DNA of 11,174 nt from a bacterium (GTDB lineage Bacteria; Fidelibacterota; Marinisomatia; Marinisomatales; UBA1611), in the NCBI GenBank assembly GCA_038127595.1, contig JAYPIC010000057.1, positions 1 through 11,174 of the forward strand, given 5' to 3'. Positions 1-6,876 of the stretch are shown here, piece after piece; position 1 is the stretch's first letter, and each line of letters begins with the position of its first letter. Below the pieces are notes generated by a model, which saw only the letters and a list, made by a program, of their open reading frames with translations, searched no databases and was not told the DNA's origin. The position numbers and the translations under genes are program-made.

Positions 1-741
1 GCTGATGATAATGAAACAGTTTTAAATGGTATTTTAACTCTGCCCCACGATTTCTAACAGGGCAATAGATACCCTTTGATTGTTTAAGGGTATGGTATGC
101 CTGGAACTCAGATTGTAAGGAACCGTTGGCAGGGAGGTTTCCAACAGTTTCTTGCTAAAGAGGGTTATATCGTTTTTTCTATGGATACAAGAGGAATGGC
201 TGGTAGAGGAAGAGATTTTAAAAATCTTAGCTATGGTGATATGGCCTATTATTTATCCAAAGATAATGCTACCGGTGTCCAGTATTTAATTGATGAGGGG
301 TATGTTGATGAAAAAAGAATAGGAGCTTGGGGTTGGAGCGGAGGAGGTTATTTTACTTGCTTAATGCTCACCAAAAACTCTGATTTGTTTGACGTCGGTG
401 TTGCTGTTGCCCCAGTGACAGATTTTAGGCTTTATGACACTGCATACACCGAAAGGTATATGGGCCTACCGCAAGAGAATGCTAGCGGGTATGATTCTAC
501 ATCAACAATTAGCTATGTTAATAAACTCAGAGGTAAACTTCTTTTAATGCATGGAACTCATGATGATAATGTTCACTCACAGAATACTACGAGATTTATC
601 GAGGCTTGCATTCAAGCAGATAAACCAATTGATGTGATGTACTATCCAACAAGAAATCATGGAATATACGGTAATAATGCAGGCAAACATGTTTACAAGA
701 AACTCTTCGAATATTTCCGACTTCATCTTAAAATAAGCTAA
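1..741 (+). CDS. S9B family dipeptidyl-peptidase IV-like serine peptidase, C-terminal catalytic domain; 5' part lies outside the window; two in-frame TAA codons at 55-57 and 85-87 (pseudogene or sequence error)
   Basis: ORF 97-741 has the nucleophile motif GWSGGG (331-348), HGTHDDNVH (Asp) and RNHG (His), plus VAPVTDFRLYDTAYTERYMG. Frame 1 from base 1 reads ADDNETVLNGILTLPHDF*QGNRYPLIV*GYGMPG, which aligns with KPKDFNSVKKYPVIFHVYGGP of the paralog at 8794-11004. The gene therefore extends upstream of Met97. Confidence 0.9.
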
Positions 742-785
742 ATTTCACTGCGGAAAAATTGATTATATCCTAACAGAAACTTATT

Positions 786-2756
786 ATGGCAGAAAAAAAA
801 GTAGAACAAGCTATTAAAGCGCCCACAGAAAAGCAGGTTTCTCTTCTTGAAAAGCTTATGGCTCATGAACTAGAGGATGTGCAACAAAAAGCGCTCGCAA
901 TTGTTTTAAGTATTTGGAAGAAAAAAACTGTTCAGGAGATTTCATACATTATTCCGAACCTGACAGAGAAACAAATTCGGTATACAATAAAACGTTACAG
1001 AGCTAATCCGACAGATTATTTGCAGGCAATGTATGACCGCTGGTCGAAGCAGCGCATGGTTCATGAACTTAGAAGTGCGCATGATAAATGGGCTAAAAGA
1101 CATCAAAATAAAAAAACATTTGATCTATCAGTTAGAGGTTTTTTTAATCAGTTTAATAAACCATTACTTGCCCAATTACAAAATCTCGGAAAAAATAAGC
1201 TATTCATTACAGTGCAAGATGCTTATGCCCATGCTGGAATAAATCCAAACTGTCATTTACCTGTTGTTTATGGTAGAAGTGAAGAGGAAGAGAAGAAAAA
1301 TTGGTGCGAGACTCTTAAAATAGTTGCAAATACATTTGGTGATCGTGTTTTGGCATCTGAGTATATGAATCCTAAAGATAAAGATGACCGTAAATTCATC
1401 CGTATACCAGATTTCATTCGTTATCCTGGGACCGATTTTCCTCTATCTCAAGCGGAAAAAACACCTGAATTAAGAATCTCTTTGGTCTCTATAATGCAAG
1501 AAGGTGTTAGAATGTTTGGTACCAAGGATATGGAATCTCATGAAGTTTGCTGGCGTGCTGCAGTTGAGTCTGCTGGGTTTGACTATAGTGAGATCAAGCA
1601 AAAAATTGCTGCCGCAAACAGAAAACGTTTTGTTTTAATGTTTTTAGATTACCTTATTGAACAAAAATTTGAGTTTAAGCAGGAACAATTAACCAAGCCG
1701 AAGTATGATTATATTTCATATTTTTACCGCGGTCTTCGGACTACATGGGGTGATTCAAAATTTAGAGAGTTCATGCACGACGATGACTTTCTTTTAGGTA
1801 GCTTAATTGAGGCATACTACTACAGGGATAAAGAACCAATTGCTCCTCATGAGTATTACCAGAAAAATATCGAAAGAGTTTTTCGTGATATTTACACAGA
1901 TGATGATCTCCAAGACGCCTCTACATTTGATCATATGTTGCAAGGCGTTTTTAGGCGATATTCAAATGGTCAGCGAATTACCAGGAAGTATTTAGAAAGT
2001 GATGAAAAGGAAGTTGTAGTTCTTGATCAAATGACAGAGCTTGGGAAAGGCAGCTACATAGATTTTATGGAAAACTTGGGTTTGCCTGTTAAGGACCTTG
2101 ATTCGTTATACCATGATGAGCTTGATGACCCATGGAAAATTGAAGTAATCTATGAGAATGTTAGAAGGTTGGTAGAAGAGTCGTTAAATACAGGTGAAAA
2201 CAGGCTTTTAGGAAAATATGCATCGACACATGAAAAAGGATTGTATCATGCAATTTGCGCAAAATACGGCTACTGGACTGCAGGCTTGTTGAAAGTCGGA
2301 GTTGACCTAAAGGCTTTTACAAATCAGCTTAAAACAAGGGAGAGTATGCAGAATGCGTTTCATAGCTTTTTTCACACTCTATTAAAAAAATATAATTTTA
2401 CTGAACTAAAAAACCCAAAAAGAGTCACAAAAGAAAATCAATTTTCTTGCCGGAAACAAGTAAAAGACACTGTACCTGAATTTTATTTCTGGGATAAAAT
2501 TATTGAAACCAGGCTTGGTTACCATGAACAAGAACCCAAAGAGGCAATTGAAAAACTAAAATCACATACTGGTATGATCATTATAGTAACCCCAGATGGT
2601 GAAAAATCGCTTACTTCAGGAGAAACCGCAGTTCTGCGCATACCTTTTCATGAATTTGTAAAAGACTCGAAAACATTACTTGGTGTAAAGCTTAGACATA
2701 CTGAAGTGCAAAGTTTATCAAATAAACTCAAAAGAAAGCTGTACTGGAACCAGTAA
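786..2756 (+). CDS. Uncharacterised 656-aa putative DNA-binding protein (N-terminal HTH-like segment, helical repeats, degenerate PD-(D/E)xK-like C-terminal domain)
   Basis: Long ATG-TAA ORF filling the gap between two clear genes. No signal peptide or TM segment is seen. Motifs read by eye: ALAIVLSIWKKKTVQEISYIIPNLTEKQIRYTIKRYR (HTH-like), W-x-K...G-x-W-xx-A-xxx-AG-[IFV]-[DN] repeats, and VPEFYFWDKIIETR. The CDS itself is near certain; the domain calls are tentative. Confidence 0.85.
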   Translation: MAEKKVEQAIKAPTEKQVSLLEKLMAHELEDVQQKALAIVLSIWKKKTVQEISYIIPNLTEKQIRYTIKRYRANPTDYLQAMYDRWSKQRMVHELRSAHDKWAKRHQNKKTFDLSVRGFFNQFNKPLLAQLQNLGKNKLFITVQDAYAHAGINPNCHLPVVYGRSEEEEKKNWCETLKIVANTFGDRVLASEYMNPKDKDDRKFIRIPDFIRYPGTDFPLSQAEKTPELRISLVSIMQEGVRMFGTKDMESHEVCWRAAVESAGFDYSEIKQKIAAANRKRFVLMFLDYLIEQKFEFKQEQLTKPKYDYISYFYRGLRTTWGDSKFREFMHDDDFLLGSLIEAYYYRDKEPIAPHEYYQKNIERVFRDIYTDDDLQDASTFDHMLQGVFRRYSNGQRITRKYLESDEKEVVVLDQMTELGKGSYIDFMENLGLPVKDLDSLYHDELDDPWKIEVIYENVRRLVEESLNTGENRLLGKYASTHEKGLYHAICAKYGYWTAGLLKVGVDLKAFTNQLKTRESMQNAFHSFFHTLLKKYNFTELKNPKRVTKENQFSCRKQVKDTVPEFYFWDKIIETRLGYHEQEPKEAIEKLKSHTGMIIIVTPDGEKSLTSGETAVLRIPFHEFVKDSKTLLGVKLRHTEVQSLSNKLKRKLYWNQ

Positions 2757-2782
2757 TTTTATCCTAAGTTGATCCCAACTTA
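2742..2782. promoter_or_regulatory. Putative dinB promoter/operator: palindromes TACTGG-N2-CCAGTA (2742-2755) and TAAGTTG-N4-CAACTTA (2765-2782) flanking a -10-like TATCCT (2760-2765)
   Basis: Both inverted repeats are perfect and were read directly from the sequence. They lie 30-70 nt upstream of the dinB start. No U-tract follows, so an operator is favoured over an intrinsic terminator. Function is inferred. Confidence 0.4.
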
Positions 2783-2812
2783 TTGTAAAACCATTTATTT
2801 ATCCCTTTTACA

Positions 2813-3898
2813 TTGAATAAAATTATTCGAAAAATAATTCATATTGATATGGATGCTTTCTTTGCATCTGTTGAACAGCTAGATGACCCATTGCTAAGAG
2901 GAAAACCTGTAGCTGTTGGCGGAAGTAAAGAAAGAGGGGTGGTTGCTGCAGCTTCCTATGAAGCTAGGAAGTTTGGAGTTAGATCAGCAATGCCATCCAT
3001 TATGGCAAAAAAGAAGTGTAGTGAACTTATCTTTGTAAAAGCTAGGTTTGATAGGTATAGAGAAATATCAGCGCAAATTAGGGGCATTTTTAAAGATTAT
3101 ACGGATTTAATAGAGCCTCTGTCTTTAGATGAGGCGTTTTTAGATGTAACGGTTAATAAGAAAAATATGGAATTAGCATCTGATATCGCTAGGGAAATAC
3201 GAAGACGTATCAAAAATGAGACAGGGCTCACAGCTTCTGCAGGAATATCAATTAATAAATTTTTAGCTAAGGTAGCTACAGAAATAAACAAACCAAACGG
3301 TCAAAAAACAATTCACCCTAAAAATGTAGATAAATTCATTGATGAGCTGAAAATAGAGAAATTTTTTGGTGTAGGTAAAGTTACAGCCAAGAAAATGAAT
3401 GACTATGGAATATTTTATGGAAAAGATCTTCGAAAGTTAAATAGGCAGGTCCTTATTGATCGTTTTGGAAAAACTGGCAGTCATTACTACAAGATTGTCC
3501 GCAGTATTCAGGATAGTCCTGTTAACCCAAGTAGAATAAGAAAATCAGTAGGGGCAGAGAGAACCTTTTCAAAAGACATATCATCAGAGGCATTTATGCT
3601 TGATGAGCTTAATAGTATTGCTGATGAACTAGAGCGTAGAATGCAAAAATCAAAGAACAAAGGAAGGACAATAACAGTAAAACTGAAATATAATGACTTT
3701 ACCAATCAAACAAGGAGCAAGACAATTGAAGATTATATTTCAAAAAAAGAGGAATTTTTTCCAATTATTGAAGAGCTTATCTATCAAAAGAAAATAGATA
3801 AAGCAGTTAGGCTGCTTGGGATTTCTATTTCAAATCTTTTTGCAGTAGGAGAGAGCAAAGAAGAAGAATTCGATATTCAATTAAAATTTAATTTTTAA
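2813..3898 (+). CDS. dinB: DNA polymerase IV (Y-family translesion polymerase)
   Basis: Y-family motifs HIDMDAFFASVE, AASYEARKFGVRSAMP, SLDEAFLD, NKFLAKVA..NKPNG and GVGKVT, little-finger RKSVGAERTF, and a C-terminal clamp-binding-like QLKFNF. 361 aa, TTG start. Confidence 0.97.
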   Translation: MNKIIRKIIHIDMDAFFASVEQLDDPLLRGKPVAVGGSKERGVVAAASYEARKFGVRSAMPSIMAKKKCSELIFVKARFDRYREISAQIRGIFKDYTDLIEPLSLDEAFLDVTVNKKNMELASDIAREIRRRIKNETGLTASAGISINKFLAKVATEINKPNGQKTIHPKNVDKFIDELKIEKFFGVGKVTAKKMNDYGIFYGKDLRKLNRQVLIDRFGKTGSHYYKIVRSIQDSPVNPSRIRKSVGAERTFSKDISSEAFMLDELNSIADELERRMQKSKNKGRTITVKLKYNDFTNQTRSKTIEDYISKKEEFFPIIEELIYQKKIDKAVRLLGISISNLFAVGESKEEEFDIQLKFNF

Positions 3899-4050
3899 TT
3901 ATATTAATATTTTATAAAATTTTATTAAAGTATTACTTTAGCATTTTTTGAGGCTTTTTTACAGTTCCAGTTTTAAAAGCGGTTGGTCAAAAAATCAATT
4001 TAAACATCTAAGAGAATACATATCTGATCCTTAGATTTTGATTCTAATAC

Positions 4051-4057
4051 AAAGGAG
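4051..4057 (+). promoter_or_regulatory. Shine-Dalgarno sequence AAAGGAG
   Basis: AAAGGAG ends 6 nt before the ATG at 4064. Confidence 0.75.
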
Positions 4058-4063
4058 ATTTCT

Positions 4064-4525
4064 ATGAAAAAATTTATTGCATTTATTGGTTTAGCATTTT
4101 TGGTTAATTGTGTTGAGGTGGATAGGAGCACTAATTTTAAAGAAGAGTATCAAAGAGAAGTATGTGATAAATATTCTCTCTATGCAAACACGATGGATGT
4201 TGAAGGTAGCGTTTCATTATATACTAAAGATGCAATCGTTAATGGTAATGGTAGGGATGTAGTAAAAGGTGCAGATAATATTAGAGCAAATTTTGTGGGA
4301 TACTACAATAGCTCAGAATCTATTGATCATAGTGCAGAAGTTATTGCAGCTTATGAATTCGGTGATAAGGCATTTGCATATGGAAAGTGGAAAGTGGATA
4401 GAACATCTAAGGATGGCGTCAGAACCACAAGAGAGGGGCACTGGTCTACTCATAACGTAAAAGTGGATGGCAAGTGGAAGATGGCCATAGATCATACGAA
4501 TAATTTGTATTCTGATGACAAATAA
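4064..4525 (+). CDS. NTF2-like/SnoaL-like (YybH/DUF4440-type) domain protein, probable lipoprotein
   Basis: Signal MKKFIAFIGLAFLVN-C. Fold-typical segments YANTMDVEGSVSLYTKDA, VKGADNIRANF, GDKAFAYGKW and KVDGKWKMAIDH. Strong SD upstream. Confidence 0.8.
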   Translation: MKKFIAFIGLAFLVNCVEVDRSTNFKEEYQREVCDKYSLYANTMDVEGSVSLYTKDAIVNGNGRDVVKGADNIRANFVGYYNSSESIDHSAEVIAAYEFGDKAFAYGKWKVDRTSKDGVRTTREGHWSTHNVKVDGKWKMAIDHTNNLYSDDK

Positions 4526-4904
4526 ACAAATAGTATTACTGATAAGTCTTTTTTTTATCCTTTTAAATAATTTACATGCTCAAAGTGCTCCTGAGGTTTC
4601 TGTAAATAACGAAAACGTAGATAAAAAAGAAAAAATAAAAAGAGTAGATAAGTGGTTTGCAATAGATAAGCTTCAGCATTTTAGCTACAGCTGTTTGATC
4701 TCACTTGGCTGTCAATATGTGTTGGTAAATAAAAAAGACATTTCAGAATCAGACGCGCTGCCTATATCAACTGCTCTAAGTTTCAGCGCTGGTTTATCAA
4801 AAGAGCTAAACGACAGAAGGGGTAAAAACGGGTTTTTTAGTGTAAAAGATATGATTGCTAACTGCGCAGGGTTATTTGTAGCGATAAAAATAATAAATTA
4901 TTAG
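4515..4904 (+). CDS. YfiM/DUF2279-like exported or membrane protein
   Basis: Motifs DKWFAIDKLQHF, GLSKELND and FSVKDMIANCAG resemble the YfiM-family DKxxHF...KExxD...SxKDxxxxxxG pattern. N-terminal signal peptide ends LHA-Q. Overlaps the upstream gene by 11 nt. Confidence 0.72.
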   Translation: MTNKQIVLLISLFFILLNNLHAQSAPEVSVNNENVDKKEKIKRVDKWFAIDKLQHFSYSCLISLGCQYVLVNKKDISESDALPISTALSFSAGLSKELNDRRGKNGFFSVKDMIANCAGLFVAIKIINY

Positions 4905-5812
4905 TCAATAGTTGCGAGCGTTGGCTCTTTACAATACTTGAGCATGCAATCAGTTTTGTAATCTATTTCACCCTTTAAATTGTATGTTTCAATATGTACA
5001 ATGTGATCTTTATTATAAAAATATCTCTTATACAGCTTTCCTAAAAAGTAATGCTCTAAATAGCCATGCTTTTTGCCTTTGTCATTATACTGCACTTTCA
5101 TCCAAATTTCTCCGGTTTCATGGAAAAAAGAACTTTTGCCGTAAGGTTTATTTTGAACCCAATCCCATTGCTGGATTGAATAAATTTCACCACTCTTGTA
5201 ATAGTATGTTTTCAAACCGGCATAACTGCTCACAGGGACATCAATCGAACCAATGTATTCAAGGAGTACCTTTTTATCAGGGTCAGGGTTTTTTACACCA
5301 TAATAGGCTTCATATTTGATACTTTTTGAATTTTTATAGTATTCTTTTTCTGAAACGAGAATTCCATCTATCCATTCCTCGTCAAGCTTAATAGTCCCAT
5401 CTTCGTAGTAAAAATTCCAAATACCATCTCTCCCATTTGTTGGAAAGGAGTTTGGGTTAATATTTTGCACTATTGTTGTCCCATTTCCTTTTATATAATT
5501 ACCGCTTACAATTAATTTGCCAGCTTCGTTCCACATCTTAACGGGACCAACTAAAAAGCCGCCTAAAAAAGTAAATTCTAATTTTTTAGTTCCTTTATCA
5601 TACCATTCTGTCCATTTTCCATCTTTTACGCCTCTTACTATGTTTCCATTTTTTACCAGAATTCCTGTGTGATTTGTGTAAACATCTCCATTAACTATTT
5701 CATCTGAAAATTTGATTAGAAACTTATCTTCAAAAATTACCAGATTTTTTATGTCATAGTCTTTCTGTGCGCTTACTAAAGAAAAAAGGAGAGCTAATAG
5801 TGCTATTTTCAT
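4901..5812 (-). CDS. Secreted MORN-variant repeat protein (YwqK-antitoxin-like annotation class)
   Basis: Signal peptide MKIALLALLFSLVSA-Q. Repeated beta-hairpin units: GVKDGKWTEWYDKG, GPVKMWNEAG, RDGIWNFYYEDG, GLKTYYYKSG, GKSSFFHETG, KKHGYLEHYFLG. Confidence 0.85.
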   Translation of the reverse strand: MKIALLALLFSLVSAQKDYDIKNLVIFEDKFLIKFSDEIVNGDVYTNHTGILVKNGNIVRGVKDGKWTEWYDKGTKKLEFTFLGGFLVGPVKMWNEAGKLIVSGNYIKGNGTTIVQNINPNSFPTNGRDGIWNFYYEDGTIKLDEEWIDGILVSEKEYYKNSKSIKYEAYYGVKNPDPDKKVLLEYIGSIDVPVSSYAGLKTYYYKSGEIYSIQQWDWVQNKPYGKSSFFHETGEIWMKVQYNDKGKKHGYLEHYFLGKLYKRYFYNKDHIVHIETYNLKGEIDYKTDCMLKYCKEPTLATID

Positions 5813-5875
5813 GCTTTTTATTTTAACAAAAATTTGGGCAGGTTTTAACTAGAAAATGATTTTCTTGGTAATTAT

Positions 5876-6145
5876 CTAAAGCTTGCACTTTATTCCATAA
5901 TTGTACATCTCTACCACAAGAGTTTCCATATGGTCTATCTTTTTCTCAAGTTCATTCATTTTTACAAAGTTGTTTTCTGATGTGGAATCTATTTGCTCAT
6001 ACACTATCTCTAGTGCTTTTACGATTTCATCAAACCTATTATTTGCCCTTTGCTCGGCAAGCTCTAGATCTTGCTGACCCATAAAAATTAGTGCTGAAAA
6101 AACTAAAACTCCGCCTGTAAGTAGGCCTTGAACGTATGAACTCAT
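5876..6145 (-). CDS. Small hypothetical protein with an N-terminal hydrophobic anchor/signal and an acidic coiled-coil-like region
   Basis: Starts 2 nt after the pxpA stop (TAATAATG), with an AGGAG SD inside the pxpA 3' end. Hydrophobic stretch GLLTGGVLVFSALIFMG, then heptad-like MNELEKKIDHMETLV. Confidence 0.8.
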   Translation of the reverse strand: MSSYVQGLLTGGVLVFSALIFMGQQDLELAEQRANNRFDEIVKALEIVYEQIDSTSENNFVKMNELEKKIDHMETLVVEMYNYGIKCKL

Positions 6146-6147
6146 TA

Positions 6148-6876
6148 TTAACTCCTGATTAATTTTTGCTTAACTGCTTTTGCGATTTTTAATGCATTTT
6201 CCGTATCACTATGGATACAAATTGTTTCTGAATCGATTGAGAATTCCGAGCCTTCATGAGCTATGATTCTTTTTTTATAGTATATATTAAATGCCTGTTT
6301 TGATGCAATTTGAGGTTTATTAATTAAAGCATTACTATAAGACCTTTTTCGTAAAGTTCCGTCTGGCTCATATGTTCTATCTGCAAAGGATTCAGGCATA
6401 GCTTTCAATCCAATTGATTCTAACGCGGTGATCATTTGTGAGCCCGCCAAACACATAATAGGAAGTAGGGGGTCAATAGATTTGACCACCTCACCAATTA
6501 ACATTGCTAATCCTTTATCTTCAGCCGCTTTATTGTACAAAGCTCCATGGGGTTTAACATGGCTCAATTCAGAACCATTTTTATTAGCTATATCTATCAG
6601 ATTGATAATTTGTGTTGAAATGGAATCTTTGAGATCTGAAATGCTGATGTCTATTTCATATCTCCCAAAATTTTCTTTATCTGGATAGCTGGGGTGCGCT
6701 CCAAGATTAACTTTTTTAGCTTTTGCAAGTTCAACCATAGTGTTCATCATTACATCATCCCCGGCATGGCCTCCACAAGCTACATTGATTGAGGTTACAT
6801 GGTCCATTAGAGATTCATATGTTCCATCATCCATAAGCTCATTTAATTCACCCATATCACAGTTTATATCGATCAT
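6148..6876 (-). CDS. pxpA: 5-oxoprolinase subunit A (LamB/YcsF family)
   Basis: Motifs IDINCDMGE, NVACGGHAGD, GAHPSYPDKENFGR, HVKPHGALYN, ESFADRTY and TICIHSD. ATGA overlap with pxpC. Confidence 0.96.
   Translation of the reverse strand: MIDINCDMGELNELMDDGTYESLMDHVTSINVACGGHAGDDVMMNTMVELAKAKKVNLGAHPSYPDKENFGRYEIDISISDLKDSISTQIINLIDIANKNGSELSHVKPHGALYNKAAEDKGLAMLIGEVVKSIDPLLPIMCLAGSQMITALESIGLKAMPESFADRTYEPDGTLRKRSYSNALINKPQIASKQAFNIYYKKRIIAHEGSEFSIDSETICIHSDTENALKIAKAVKQKLIRS

Noticed and set aside
55..87. Genome-wide TAA stop-codon reassignment
   Set aside because: TAA terminates several genes here (e.g. at 741, 2756, 3898, 11004), and no other gene has internal TAA.
1033..1995. Short alternative-frame ORFs 1033-1242 and 1807-1995
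   Set aside because: Nested in the 656-aa gene, with no recognisable motifs or RBS.
2739..2753. E. coli-type LexA box (CTGT...CAG) upstream of dinB
   Set aside because: Spacing is CTG-N9-CAG rather than N10, and the right half-site is CCAG, not ACAG.
786..2756. 656-aa gene as an IS transposase because of its HTH
   Set aside because: No DDE, HUH or tyrosine/serine recombinase motifs and no terminal inverted repeats were recognised.
3097..3705. Antisense ORFs 3097-3291 and 3508-3705
   Set aside because: Shadow ORFs opposite dinB, with the Ser/Leu/Phe-rich composition typical of antisense frames.
3885..3960. AT-only palindromes (e.g. ATTTTATAAAAT) after dinB as a terminator or repeat
   Set aside because: Low-complexity AT tract with no GC stem; expected by chance.
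4269..5319. ORFs 4269-4460 (+), 4313-4495 (-) and 4984-5319 (+)
   Set aside because: Fully overlap better-supported genes and show no family motifs.
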